A stretch of 62,844 nt of DNA, filler included, from Rhabdomonas costata (taxonomy: Eukaryota): the NCBI GenBank assembly GCA_019059605.1. It is 46 parts of 46 records of this genome, joined end to end, with 100 filler letters (N's around TTAATTAATTAA, not from the genome) between each part and the next. Parts side by side here need not be neighbours in the genome. Positions count along the whole stretch, not along the records: positions 24,640 to 25,907 come from JAHMHO010021255.1; positions 26,008 to 27,275 come from JAHMHO010021256.1; positions 27,376 to 28,642 come from JAHMHO010021257.1; positions 28,743 to 30,011 come from JAHMHO010021258.1; positions 30,112 to 31,379 come from JAHMHO010021259.1; positions 31,480 to 32,747 come from JAHMHO010021260.1; positions 32,848 to 34,115 come from JAHMHO010021261.1; positions 34,216 to 35,484 come from JAHMHO010021262.1; 38 more parts are not named here. One strand, written 5' to 3'. A program made the position numbers and the translations under genes. Numbering within the stretch: the stretch's first letter is position 1; each line of letters opens with the position of its first letter. Positions 25,663 through 38,669 of this stretch are shown here, one piece after another. Below the pieces are notes generated by a model. The model saw nothing but the letters and a program-made list of their open reading frames with translations, did not search any database and was not told where the DNA came from.

Positions 25663-28600
25663 GTACCGCCGACGGTTCTCGGGGGAATGCCCTTCGGCGC
25701 AAGACCTCCTGCCACATTCAGGCACCACACAAACTCTCTCTGTGTTTCTCTGTGTTATGTATCTTTTTGTGAATTAAGTCATTTGTCCTTCTCTAATGAA
25801 CCATGCGCCACCATGGCTCCATGCTTTTTGAGGGGAGGGAGGGGGCGACGAAAGTCCTTTAAAGGTGGTCCCATTTATGAAGGACAAATGACTTAATCCA
25901 CAACAAANNNNNNNNNNNNNNNNNNNNNNNNNNNNNNNNNNNNNNNNNNNNTTAATTAATTAANNNNNNNNNNNNNNNNNNNNNNNNNNNNNNNNNNNNN
26001 NNNNNNNGGGTGGGGGGCATCACCCGCACGGGCGGCCTGGCTCTGGAGGGTCCACCTCCACGGCTCCCGCAGTGAACGACGAGCCGTCGGCCCACCGCAC
26101 GGGGTCTGCATCCCCACCCCGCCGTAAAGCCACACACACAACCAATGGTCCATCCTTCTCATTCTGAGGCAGAGAAGACAATCTCCTCAGCGATTACAAC
26201 GTCCTCAGCGCCTGCTTCAAGGCAAGCGCTACGTGGGCACCGGAAGGCACCGGAACGAAAAGGACAACTGTCACAGCGAGTGCAAGTGGTGTGTGTCTGT
26301 GTGCGTGTGCGTGTGTATCCGTGTTCGGCGCATGTTGCGCTGCATGTTACGTTCCGCCGCGCGGTCCCTTCTGTCCCACGGCCCCCGGGCCTTCGTTGCG
26401 CAGCAATTTATTTCCACCGGCTGCTCGCGCAGTTCTTGATGGCATATATTCCTCACCTCCTTAAATCATCATTCGCAGCCGTATTTGGCCTTAGAGATCC
26501 ACACTGAATCACTTTGGACGCACAACACGACGAGAACTTTTGATGGGAGGTGCGGGAGAACTGCTCCGAAAAAGCGGTCGTTTAAGACAGATCAACAACG
26601 AATCTCGTCTTATTTTGTGCCAGTTTCGGAGGGGGGGGGGACAATCCGCCTTAAAGCTTCAAGCTTTAAGCCCGCATTCACCGCCAGCAAAAAGGGCAAC
26701 ACACCGCCCTCGCCCTCGCCGGTCCGCAGCCCCACCAGGAACTCATCGCAGGGCAGGCTCGGCCACCACGCCCGACAGTGCTCCACCACGGGCCGCACCA
26801 ATTCAGCCAGGAAGCCTGCCTCGCTGGGGGTGTGCACCTTGGCCAGGTGGCCACCCCAGCGCTCGCAGCTCAGAGCCTTTGGTTAGCAAGGTAGGTTATA
26901 CTGTGCACTGTACTCGAACCCTGGAGTACAACTTTCGAAGACCTGCATAGCCCCCGAATCCTGCAAATACCTGCCTCCCGAGAAAGGAAACCGCTGGGTA
27001 ATGGGGTTATGCTTCAAACATTTCAGAGTAAAGAACCAACTGAACAATCTGAAGTGATTCGTCTTGCACATTTCAAAAATAGGCTTTCACCGACGGGGCA
27101 ACCACACACAGACAGGTGCACAAACCGCAGCCTCGCAGGTGGCCGGGGGAAGTACGCGGTAGGTGTGCAGCTGGAAAACGTCGGAGACCGGTGTGAACGA
27201 GAGGGCAGCCCCTGGAGCCGAGGACAGGTCCCCGACGTTTTCCAGCTGCACACCAACCCCACACACACCCAACACNNNNNNNNNNNNNNNNNNNNNNNNN
27301 NNNNNNNNNNNNNNNNNNNTTAATTAATTAANNNNNNNNNNNNNNNNNNNNNNNNNNNNNNNNNNNNNNNNNNNNGTGTGGACTCCTCTCGTCTCCCTCT
27401 ATGGTCGCCTTGCAGACACCCACAATGACTCCTCGCTGGGTGGGGTTCCAACACTCCCCTCCTTTGCTTCTGCCCTCTACCATTATCATGCCCTGCCGTG
27501 CACTGAGCCTCTCTCTGTTCGTTCTCTCTTGTTTCTTTCCCTTTTGCCGAATCTCTGCCCCCGTCACTCTCCGTGAGACTGCATCTTCTCTCTGACTTCA
27601 ACCCCTTCTTTTTGTATCGCCTGTGGTTTGTTCATGGGGAGAGTATTTTTTATGCTTTCGGGCATCTTCCAGTGCTCAAGTTTAAGGGTTTCTTCCTCTC
27701 CTCCTCTTCCCTATCGCTTTTCTGTAAATATAGCAAGCATCTCGTCTCTGTGAATCCCCCGGTGTAGAAAAACCAAGCACAGGTTCCCAGTTTGGAAGGT
27801 ACTCTCTCCTCCTCGTAGGTGTGCTGTGTTGGTTGCCGGACAGGGTGATATGCCAGCATATGTGGGTGGGCTCTCATCTCCTCCGCGCCCCCCGCCCCCG
27901 TACTCTCCAGGGAATGTCCCCAGGGGACACATGCCCCCCAGGATGCCCCTGGAGTGTCTTTCATTCTCTTTCCTTTTCGTTGTCGTTTTCCTGAAACGCC
28001 TCCCACGCCACCCAGGGCTTGAGAGGCGTGGCTCGGGTCACGGGATACCGTGTTGTGCAGGTGGGCACGTCACTGGCGCTGCAATGCAGCTCCGTGTGTC
28101 TCCACTTGATCTCTGGCAAGTTATTCCTTCCTGCAAGGGATGCGAATGTGCAAACACATCTCCATCGCGCATGCGTTGCGAGGGGGTGCGTTCAGCCCCT
28201 TAGACCGTAAAGTTCCTGGAAGGCCTTTTGCCAACTCCTCCCTTACCGCTTGCCCGTGACCCACCTGTCCAACATTTCCACTGCACAACTATGCAAGACA
28301 TCTGTGCAGCGCTGCTTGGCACAGCACCTCCCTCCCAGCCCCACTCCTTCTAGCACTGTGAACATGTCACATACCCACCACGTTGATGCCACATCACTGG
28401 TTTTCGTGGCTGGTTCAAAAGCAAGGAGTTTCTCTTGCAGGGTGCCTTCAGTGCTTTAAGTTCAGTTCTCTGCATGCGTGTGATACCCTTGCCTTTACCG
28501 TGGCGTGTGTGGCGATGTGACACGTTTTTTCGACATTTTTCCCCCCATGATGGCGTGTCGTACCAATCTGCAGTCTCTCTCAACCCGCGAACTCTGTTCT

Positions 28601-28742
28601 ATGGCTCAGTGCTGACATTTCCTCCTTCTTCTCACACACCCCNNNNNNNNNNNNNNNNNNNNNNNNNNNNNNNNNNNNNNNNNNNNTTAATTAATTAANN
28701 NNNNNNNNNNNNNNNNNNNNNNNNNNNNNNNNNNNNNNNNNN

Positions 28743-28988
28743 GCTCTATATAAGCAGAAGTGCGAGCGGGCGGGCTACGGGTTCGCGGCTGAGGTCGGGG
28801 AAACGACGGGAAGCTGGTCCTCGGCAGCGACGAAAGTGCTGGACAAGCTCTTCCGCGTATACTCTGCTCTCAGGGGCTGTAAAATCAGGGACTGTAAGAA
28901 AGAGCTGTGGGGACGCATGTCGGTGGCCCTGATGCGGGCTGTGGGGTCGCAGTTGGCATGGGAAGTCTTCGGTTCCCCCTCTAATTAG
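28743..28988 (+). mobile_element. Intact C-terminus of RLE-type (CRE-like) non-LTR retrotransposon ORF
   Basis: YKQKCERAGYGFAAEVGETTGSW...LWGRMSVALMRAVGSQL...* is a typical RLE tail. Not listed in the ORF track. Confidence 0.8.
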
Positions 28989-30404
28989 ATTTCGAAAGGG
29001 TGGAGGGGAGCATGTGTATTGTGTGCGTTTTCTTTTTCTTTCTTTCTTTTTTCAACCTGTCGTCTGTAGTTTAGTTACGTACATGCATAGATTGAATTTC
29101 CTAGAAGTGACCTTCCCCGCCCACTTTCCACCACCATGTCGTTCTTCTAGGCGTTTTTCGTTTCCCCCTCGATCTTGCACTCTCGTTTGCTCTTCTTGCT
29201 CCTCTCAGAGAGCTCTGTTTCCCAAAGCTTTGATGTTACTCCTTCATCCCACCTCTCTACTATTTTCTTGATGTTCCACGCTGCCCATGCTACTGTTTTT
29301 CAATTTGTTTACGATGGACCTTTAGCAGCTCTCCTCTTGCCTTGCTCACTTGTTAACTTGATCAAAAAAAATTTGTGTTGAAGTCGTCCCTTACCCCCCT
29401 CTTTCTTCTTCTTCTTCTTCTTCTTCTTTGTGTTCCTGCACGCTCTGTTGAACTCTGGTGCTGTGATGCCACAATAAAGAACAACGAAGACGAAACACTT
29501 GGTGGGGATTGCGTGATGGTCTGGTGATCATAGAGGGAAAGTGTGAAAAAAGCGGAGAACGCGTGCCGTGGATTTAGTGTGCTTGAAAGGAACAAAAAGG
29601 GGGGAGGAACGTGTACATTACCGACGAAGAAAGGCGAAATGAGCACACACAAAAGACAGGTTGGTTTTGCACAAACAAACACCGTGCCGTGTACAACCAA
29701 ACCAGCACCTGGTTTGGACACAGCATGCATTCGCGGAACAGCGTTGGAAATGTGGAAAGGTTACTTGCGAAATTCGAAGGTTGTGATAAAAGACTGAGGC
29801 CGACGAAAGTAGGGAAGATCGCGCCACACGCCTGCCTTTACGTCAGCAATCCGGACCCTTAGATGGTTGTCCTCCTCGATGCCGTGCCCCAGCATCCTTC
29901 ACACTGGTCACGGTCTGGACCCCACTCCCAGCCATCCGTCCTTTCTGCCTCCACGACTGGAGTGACTCCCCGCGGCCTCCGCCAACAAACGTCAGCCCGG
30001 CACCAATGGAGNNNNNNNNNNNNNNNNNNNNNNNNNNNNNNNNNNNNNNNNNNNNTTAATTAATTAANNNNNNNNNNNNNNNNNNNNNNNNNNNNNNNNN
30101 NNNNNNNNNNNGTGGTGGGTGTGGTTGGGTTTTTTTGTCCCGCTGCAATTGGAAGCCGTCTTCGTATATGGTTTTACACACAGAAGAGCACGCATGCCAC
30201 CGATATGCCGTTTCGACTTTGATGCCGTTGACGTAAGACGTCGTTGAAAGTCAGTTTAATTCTATGCCGCAAAGCCCTCTTTGTGTGCGAGTAAAACGAG
30301 TCACAACAGTTGCGGTCCACCCCCACCCCCCCTATCCCATTCTCACTAAAAAGATAAGGGTGTGAAGCTCCACGAATAAGAGAGGATAACGGCAAAAAGC
30401 GCAC

Positions 30405-31340
30405 ATCTTGAAGTCTCCTGCTGCAGACTGATTGTCGGCTGGCGAGTGGATTCGAACATCTTTGTTGCGTCCAAAACGCGGGGACAATGCCGGGGAGAGA
30501 ATGTGCCAATCAGTTGCTTGCTGAAATGACAAAAACAAGTTGTGACGCAACGCCCTGCAAATAACCTTACTCACCTTCAAGGTGCCAGGTGCACAGGTGT
30601 GCCCATGAGGTCTCACATATCCATCTATCTCTCTTTGACCTCGGTCAATATGTTAGAAGAAGCAAGGACAAGAGCTTGAGAATGGGTTGGACAGATGGCG
30701 AAATTTTCTGTTGGATCTAAGTTTTTTGGTCGGTCTGCGGGTGGCAATAAAAATCCTTTCTTATATTGCTTTCAGAAATGTTTATACGTATTTGTTTAAA
30801 TATTTTTTAGGCTTCAGGAATAGGGCTAAGCCGAAGCAAGCCTGGGGTCTTTTGTATATCCAGCAGGCCTGCGTGGCCGGTCCTTGGGGTCAGGTGATTC
30901 CCGACCTTTCACCCTCGGCCGGTTGTGCCCCTTGGCCCCTTTGGTTTCAAATGGAATCAAAGATAAGGCTGCAAATAGAAACGGCAACACAGTTACTACC
31001 GTTTGGCGGATTGCCTGTCTCCATTCCGTATGGGTAACATCCTTTCACCGCAAACTCACTCCATAAAAAAGGCCACCCAAACATTAGTTGTTAGTAAGAG
31101 TGCATTTGTCAACTCAACATTTCTCTACAGTCGAGAATTCTGACGAGGGCTTTGAGAAGCGGGGTTAATGCAAAAATAAGTCTGCGGCAGGTAGCATGCA
31201 AAGCGCCAACCAACATGGCACACCAAGGCATAGGAGGACCTCTCCAAGAAGGGAACCACGTCGCCAGGGGAAAACGATTTGCAGAGTGGAAGAAATGATA
31301 AGAGTGGTAACAGCAAACACATCCATTTAGAAGAAGTCAT
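30405..31340 (-). CDS. Signal-peptide protein resembling an uncharacterised plant/algal membrane protein family, first 2 exons
   Basis: Exons 31340-31224 and 30520-30405 give MTSSKWMCLLLPLLSFLPLCKSFSPGDVVPFLERSSYAL|QATDWHILSPALSPRFGRNKDVRI. This recalls a YRPGDIVP..RTxWHD..CPxFG motif (from memory). Confidence 0.7.
30822..30936 (-). repeat. Dispersed ~200-nt repeat family, partial intronic copy
   Basis: On + it reads AGGGCTAAGCCGAAGCAAGCCTGGGGTCTTTTG...GGCCGGTCCTTGGGGTCAG...GACCTTTCACCCT..GTGCCCCTTGGC, closely matching 42636-42763. Confidence 0.92.
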
Positions 31341-31961
31341 TTAAAACAAAACGAGGAGGAAATCCCACACCCCCAAACCNNNNNNNNNNNNNNNNNNNNN
31401 NNNNNNNNNNNNNNNNNNNNNNNTTAATTAATTAANNNNNNNNNNNNNNNNNNNNNNNNNNNNNNNNNNNNNNNNNNNNGGTTTGTGGTAGAGTTCACTT
31501 CCTATAGCCACTTGAACCTGGTCTGTTTTGTGTTCCTGCGCGCACCGAAGGCTTGAGAAGACTTCTTCTTCTTCTTCTTCAATTCTTCTTTTTTTCGAGC
31601 CATGTGGAATGCTACCGAATTGACGTGAAGGTTTGTCTCGTGTGGTGCTCACAAGAGCAATTTTTTTCTAATCTGGTTGTGACCAATAATGCCAAGATTC
31701 TGAGTTTACGGTGTAACTTACTTTACTATCTTTTTGCACGCGTAATGGAAAAACATGTATTGGCTACCAGGACCCGCAACCTCAAGTTCCCAGAATTCAC
31801 GACATCGTCTTCTTCCAAGCGTGCTGATTTTATCTGCAAGAACATCTTTCGGACTACAGGTACACCACAGACCCGTCGCAACGTGAATACCGTTAATGCT
31901 CCGTATTGTACATCGCTTTCGTGCAACGGATACTGTACACAACCTGCCCGTGTCAAAGTAA

Positions 31962-32728
31962 TCAAGAGCCGCCTTCACAGGGGACGGGATCAGCGGGGGG
32001 TGTGGGCAGCTGCGCCTTGCGGTCCCGGTTGCGCTGCAGTAGGGCCTCGATGCCTTCCATGAGGTCGTCGTCATCGTCCCCGTCGTTGCTGGTCAGGACG
32101 AGCTCCGTAAGTGTGGTGTTGGCGGCGAGCAGCGCGCGAATGGCGGGCTCGCACTCACCGAGGTCGATGTCGTTGTTGGGCAGGCACAGCGTGGTCAGGG
32201 TGCTGTTCCCGTGCAGCGCGGTGAGCAGCGCCTGGGCCCCCGCCGTGCCAATGCCGTTGAATTCCAGGTCCAGTTGCACCAGGGTCGTGTTCTTCGAGAG
32301 CTCCTCTGCGAGGTATCTATATAGCAAAGTGTAAAAGCCGAAAGGTAAGGAAAGAGATTCACAAGTGCAACAGGGGGAACAGCATCCACATCCACATCCG
32401 CACCTCTACAGTTACTTGGAAAACAGAAAGAAGCCGTTCAAGCATGGAAACATGTTGTTGTATCAACACGAACCTCAAACCTCAGCTCAAAAAACCTCAG
32501 TCTTTCCACACTGGGAGGAGATTATTGCGGTCCTTTCTCTCTGCGTTATGCTGTCCAGGCACCGCAAGTGGAAGCGCTGAGTGAATGTGCATGCCGGGTG
32601 AGCTCTTTCGACGGGGCACGCACGCACCTTGCGCCCTTTTCTCCGATGCCCTCGTCCACAAGGGCAAGCGACTCCGCACCCTCCAGCAGCCTCTTGATCT
32701 GAGACTTCAGAGAGGGCTTCTTTGCCAT
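31962..32728 (-). CDS. Small RNI-like leucine-rich repeat protein (~151 aa), apparently complete, 2 exons
   Basis: Exons 32728-32628 and 32316-31962. NTTLVQLDLEFNGIGTAGAQAL, NSTLTTLCLPNNDI, NTTLTELVLTSN. Confidence 0.88.
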
Positions 32729-33110
32729 GCAGTCTTCCCCAAAAACCNNNNNNNNNNNNNNNNNNNNNNNNNNNNNNNNNNNNNNNNNNNNTTAATTAAT
32801 TAANNNNNNNNNNNNNNNNNNNNNNNNNNNNNNNNNNNNNNNNNNNNATCGAATTTGAGAAACATTGGCATGAGAGGAGAAGGGGTGACGAGGGAGGAGG
32901 CAGACATACAGAAAAGGTAAAAGCTAGGGTATTTCCTGCCCCGCGGTTGCGCGACTCTCTCCACCAATTCAGTAATCCTCGTCTCGCCTCTCGCCCAACC
33001 CATTTTTCTAAAATGCCTCTACCGGGCCTTGATGCCCTGCTTTCCCCTATAATGAACTCGCCGCACCACACGTCCTTTTCCTTTTTATGCCTTGCACATT
33101 TGTGTTTGTT

Positions 33111-33381
33111 CTAGAGGTCACCAGTGTGCTGTGAACGGGGTGCTGAGTTGACTGTCCTGTAAAGTGATGCAAACAGCGAAGCAGCTCGAACCACGTAGGC
33201 CCGGGTTTCCGCGTGGGGGTTCCATCGAATGTGCTTGTCAATCAGCCTAAGGCTCAAGGTAATCGCCGCGGCCGCGGCTAGGCCTCCGGTGATCAGCGCC
33301 CAGAACGTGCGCTTGAGGTATTCTTCCCTGCCATCCTCAGGAAAGGTGCTGTTATCATAGGCCATTCTCGGAGCGCACAAC
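33111..33381 (-). CDS. Small single-TM protein exon
   Basis: Pyrimidine tract and AG, then MAYDNSTFPEDGREEYLKRTFWALITGGLAAAAAITLSLRLIDKHIRWNP. Confidence 0.5.
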
Positions 33382-35379
33382 CTTCAGGCAGAAAAAAAGG
33401 GAGCAGCAGGAGCGGCCCGCAGGATGCACGGCAAAGTGGGAGATGAGGGCCAATGGATAGGAAATTGGCCAGTCCAAATCAATACAAAAACTTGAGGAAT
33501 GACAACACAGTGAAGAGAGCACGCAGAAATTCTGCTAGAAAAGAAGGCAGCACCTGCAAAGGGATTTGTGATATTCAAAATTCTGCGTAGTTTTTCGTCC
33601 CGTCCTGTCCACCTCTTTGTTTGAAAAGCACACCACCAAAAACATCATCAACTCGCTCGTTGGTGTCCCAAAGCACCTGAACTGCGCCCGTATTTTCATT
33701 TGAGTCTCTTTGCAAAGCCAAGTTTTACCTCTTTTGCTGATAACGATCCTTTTTGTTCTTTTTTCTCGTCTCGAGTGGGGCGAACGTGCAACCGCTACAG
33801 AGAAAGGAGGGAAAGGTCGACGACCAACCTTTGCTCCCAGTAAATTTGGGTTTTCAGGAGTTTTCCAGGGGAGAATCTGGCATTAGTTGTGCACTAGATT
33901 GGTTACAATCCTCTTTTATACGAGTTCGCCAAATGAACGTGTCCACCACACAGCCATAGTTAAGATAAGATATTCAAAACAATCCACAACCCGCCGTGGG
34001 AAGCAAGAATGATGGTGATGGTGATGAAGATGAAGAAAATAATGAGCCAGCCGCGGAACAAAAAACAGCAGTTGAAGTCACATTCAAGTTCAATTCAGCA
34101 ACTACCCCAAAAACANNNNNNNNNNNNNNNNNNNNNNNNNNNNNNNNNNNNNNNNNNNNTTAATTAATTAANNNNNNNNNNNNNNNNNNNNNNNNNNNNN
34201 NNNNNNNNNNNNNNNGTTGTTGGTGGTGAGCCGGCACCCCAGGTCTGACAACCGAGCTATAGGACCCTCCGTGCGAGCACCCAGAATCCGCCCGTCTTAG
34301 GTTAGGGGTAGCTCTTCTCTTCTTTCCATCATCGCTCTCCTTCACGTGTGTCTTTCTTTTCTCTCTTTACATCGCACAAACATACACAAACACGAACAAA
34401 CAGACACAACTGTTCCTAAGTCGACGAATAAAACCGTTGTAGCGTGCGTTTGGGTTGCACTCGCTTGTCGAACGCTTCCGCTTTTGTGGCATCGTTGTTC
34501 ACAAACCGTTTTGGTGGAGCGAATAGAGACTGTCTTCGACGGGTACCCCTTCCCGCCTGCCCCACGTGTCCCACACTTATGTACACAAACGCGCGAAAGA
34601 AACGCTGTCCTCCCCAACCGGCGCCCAACACTGGGGCGAGAAACCCTTGTCGGGGTGTGGTGCATGCTTTTGGCACGCCCACTCCACTCCCACCACAGAA
34701 TGCAGGGAAGAAGTGCAAAGAACCGCCGCGGCGGCACACGCACAACTCACCCCTGTGCACCACTCGGGCGGCCAAGAGAACCACCACACCTCAACGCAGA
34801 GCGTTGCTGGTGAGGACACCAAGCCACCACCGGCAGGCATGCAACTCACCCAAAACACACGCAACGGGGAGGACAACGCCTGGTACTCGCGCTCCTGGTC
34901 CGAGGAGCAAAAGGGGGACGGTGCTGAGGCAACCCAAAGGCCCACACGTACATCACCCACGCGCTCAGGCAGGGACTCCGAGCAATGTACGCTCCGGCAA
35001 CGACAGCACGTCCCAACGTTCCACGGGGCCGAACACACGAACCCGGAGAACACAGAGCCAGCAACGCAACGGCGAAAGAGAAGGCGACAGGAGTTGCGAA
35101 CAAGACACGACGAGAGAAGAGATGCCAAAACGGGCACCATCTACAAAAGGATGGCAAAAGCAAGGTTTTATTCTTTGACTTAGGGTCGCGATGAAAAGGC
35201 AGGGCAAAATGTTTTCCTGAAAGGATTGATCACGTGCGCACCTCGCCAAAGGTTCGCGGACAGGGATGGCAGCTGTGCCCCCAACGTAGGGTGCACATTT
35301 TAGGAAGGGGACGCAGACGGGGACCGCGCCGTCCGAGAGTCCACGCATGTATCCATGTATCGGAAAGTTCTTCCCCGCA

Positions 35380-35484
35380 AAAGGGCGACGACGGCTTTCC
35401 ACAATGGCCGCACTGACCTGCAGGCTGATTACCTTGTAGAGTGTGACCAAAAACCGCTGTCAGCATTGCTGCTGAAGTTGGCCC
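35380..35484 (-). mobile_element. 3' fragment of the same CRE-like family as 5730-6003
   Basis: GQLQQQC*QRFLVTLYKVISLQVSAA aligns with GQLQQQCWQRVAVVHRIVVARQLGAA. Confidence 0.55.
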
Positions 35485-36553
35485 NNNNNNNNNNNNNNNN
35501 NNNNNNNNNNNNNNNNNNNNNNNNNNNNTTAATTAATTAANNNNNNNNNNNNNNNNNNNNNNNNNNNNNNNNNNNNNNNNNNNNTGTGTTTGGGGTGGGG
35601 TTGGGGAAGCAGCCGAGCTGCAGAACTCGAGCTGCCTCCAAGTCACTCTGTGTGTCCCGCGTGTGTGTCGTGCGCAGGTGCATCATGAGTGATGGACCTC
35701 GTCAGTCGCTCTGCATGTCTCCGTGAACCGCCGGGTTGAGCCTCGGGCCGGAAACACAGAGGCATCAATGCTGAACAAGAGTTCCATATCCCACTTCACC
35801 CTTAACCTTACCCCTTAAGAGAATACCACAGAATTAACCGACAACACCGAGGAAAATGGGCGGTATGGTGGTGTGTGCTCACAATTCGAAAGTAATAAGA
35901 AGCTCTCCAATATGAAGCGCTCACTGTAGCGCTTAATCAAGTTTTCCTACGCAAGGAGGTGCAAAAGGTGCATGATTTGCAAGTGGGGATACCCACTCTG
36001 TATCCCCTTGTGCACCTGCAGGAGCACCGGTGCTATTGACGTTGGGGGAGGGGACTGGTAACGGTAACCAGTGGTAACAGTAAACGAAGTTTGCGAAAGA
36101 TTCGTAGCTCACGCAAGCACCCTCGAAAAGACTTCATTTTACATTTTAGGGGGTCAGGTGACTTGAGACAGTGTTTCTGGATGAGTATTATTGGTTTGCA
36201 TGTCAAATCTGGAGCTGGATAAGGAATAGCCTATGGTGGACGAGGACAGCGTTAGTTTATGGGCGAAGGCCGTTGCGGCCAGTCCGGGCCAGTCCGCGTC
36301 GCGGCCGTTGCGGGCGGCTGGGCCGGGAACACGACCCGGGGGGGCCTTTACCCATTTTTAAATTTTATCCCGCCTGCCAGTGGTAATCGTCACCCCCCCC
36401 ACCCCCCAATGCCAAATTGCTCCAGGGTCAGCAGGGTCCACATGGAAAGTGCTTGGGTGTGTTCGTGTGCGTTTTGGGACGTGTTACGTAGAAAAAGAAG
36501 CACAGACAAAAAAGAGAGAAAGCAACAGACAGCAGACAGACAGACAGCAGAAC

Positions 36554-36770
36554 CTCCAGCGAGGGCCCCGCCGAAAGCGCTGCGCTGGGGCAGCAGCACC
36601 GTCCGCAGCAGCCGGCTCACCAGCGCGGGGAAGTGCATCCGGAGCACGTGGGAGGTCACCGCGCAGGCCAGCCCCCCGAAGGCCTGGGGCCGACTAAGCC
36701 AGACCGGAAGGAGGTTGAGTAGGGTCTCCACCCCCTCGGCCAGGACAGGGCAAGCGGAAATGGAAAGGCC
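36554..36770 (-). CDS. Exon of unknown helical protein
   Basis: CAG|..|GT boundaries, GC3-rich open frame. Confidence 0.6.
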
Positions 36771-36984
36771 CTGCAGCGAAGGAGATACCCCACAAAGCAA
36801 CCAGAGAGAGTATTTTTACATGTTGCCCCACCCAACCAAACACCCCCAACACNNNNNNNNNNNNNNNNNNNNNNNNNNNNNNNNNNNNNNNNNNNNTTAA
36901 TTAATTAANNNNNNNNNNNNNNNNNNNNNNNNNNNNNNNNNNNNNNNNNNNNTTTTGTGGGTGGAGTGGGTGGGGTGGGGGGAC

Positions 36985-38220
36985 CTGATGTAGAAGTCCT
37001 TGAAGGAGCTGGCGAAGACCTGCGGCTGCCGGGAAGCCATCAGCTTGACGTGGCACAGCACCGCGTAGGCAGTTTCCACGGGGGTTGTGGAGACCAGCGT
37101 CAACATTGGATCTGCAAGACATGTGCAATTCAGAGACACAGAAAAATCAGCAGTTGGATTTTCCGGGTTCTTTCCTCGGCGACAAGGACTAGATTACTGT
37201 AGGTGCTTCACTTGTGTACGACCTGACATGAATTCCCGCGCTCATCATCCCAGCAAGACCCAAAAGGCCCCACAAAATGTTTCACAAATGACTTGCAAGG
37301 GAGACACAAACCGAAGCACCTCGAAGTGCACCAACTCAACACCGGGGTCTGGATGACGCACTCCTGTTAATCTCCTTCTGTACCTTTTCACCATCGGCTT
37401 TCCCCATTCCAAACTTGCCCAACTGGCACCTTAATCAGTCCTCGGTGTTCCCAGAGTCCGACTTGCTCCATGCTCACTTCATGCTCGGGTTTGTCCTTGC
37501 CGTCTGTTTCGGTCCCAGCCTACAGTGTGCAAGGCTGGCGTTTGGGGTTCTGCTGTTGTTTTGAGCAGGCCAAGAAGAAGAGAGATGTCTACCATCCGGC
37601 AACATGCACTTGCACGGGAATCCCAGAAAGGATCCTAGAGGAGAGGGGTAGACGACGCACATAATCTTTCTATCGCACTCCGGTACACACCCCGTAGCCT
37701 AACGAAGACTTGCCGGTGCAGGTCAGCGTTGTTCTGAGTGAGCTGCAAGAAGACCTTAGCCACGGCCAGAATCACCGCGCTGTTCGAGCCCTTCAGGCGC
37801 TCCTCCAGCAGGTTCTGCGTTACGCGAGCGTGAAGCGGATGTCTCACTCTTACTTTTGCTTAATGTCGTTTTGCTAAAAGTTGTTTGTGTCCATGTGTTG
37901 GGGAGGGGGGGCGCAGAGTGCTGGCTGCTGCTGCTGAAACAGCCTTGGCAGTTGCCGCTGTGAAAACGGTGGTCTGATACATTTGATCTCCACATGTGCA
38001 ACGCAGGCAAGCAGTGCATTCCTGCATTTTGTCAAGACTAATGTGTCGAGACAAAGTTTCCCTGCACAAGCCTTGGAGAGGAACGCTTTCCTCACGTCGC
38101 CTTCATGAAAAAGAAGGACGTACCATGATATCGAAGACCTCCGACTCGGCCTCCGGGGTGTACCTCAGCAGCAGCTGCATAACAAGGAACTGCTGCCAGT
38201 CGGGGAACTCCCTCAAGCGG
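36985..38220 (-). CDS. Beta-adaptin (most like AP-4 beta), 3 exons
   Basis: Exons 38220-38124, 37814-37691 and 37111-36985 give RLREFPDWQQ..RYTPEAESEVFDIM|NLLEERLKGSNSAVILAVAKVFL..|DPMLTL..AYAVLCHV..FKDFYIR. Confidence 0.9.
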
Positions 38221-38382
38221 NNNNNNNNNNNNNNNNNNNNNNNNNNNNNNNNNNNNNNNNNNNNTTAATTAATTAANNNNNNNNNNNNNNNNNNNNNNNN
38301 NNNNNNNNNNNNNNNNNNNNGTGTTGGGTGTGGGTGGTGTGTGTGTATTCTTGTGGTGCTGCTTTCGAAAGGAAACGCGCAG

Positions 38383-38669
38383 GACGGGAGGAGTGGAGGA
38401 GGGCTGCTGCCGAGGCAGGTTCCTTCTCGTTCGGCGCCAGGGGGGACCCGGGCGGGTGCCCCCCAGCGGGTAATGTCGTGCCCGGAGTTTGAGAATCTGC
38501 TGGCACAGGCGGGGGAGGCCCGGGCGGAGGCCGCCGTGCAAGGGGTGCAGCTGCCTTTGCGACCACCCGGAGCAGACCCCCAGGCTGGCGAGGATCAAGG
38601 TGAAGACGACACCCCCTTCGCGGGCCCTGGCGTGCTACCGGGGTGGCCAGAGTGGGTTCTGATCCGCAG
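38383..38669 (+). CDS. Low-complexity exon of unknown protein
   Basis: CAG|..|GT boundaries, GC-rich open frame. Confidence 0.5.

Noticed and set aside
19307-29428. Microsatellites (GT)n, (CATCC)n, (CTT)n
   Set aside because: Ordinary short simple repeats in introns or intergenic DNA.
34342-35183. Overlapping 120-244 aa ORFs on both strands
   Set aside because: No motifs, codon bias or splice signals. They are probably chance ORFs in repeat-derived DNA.
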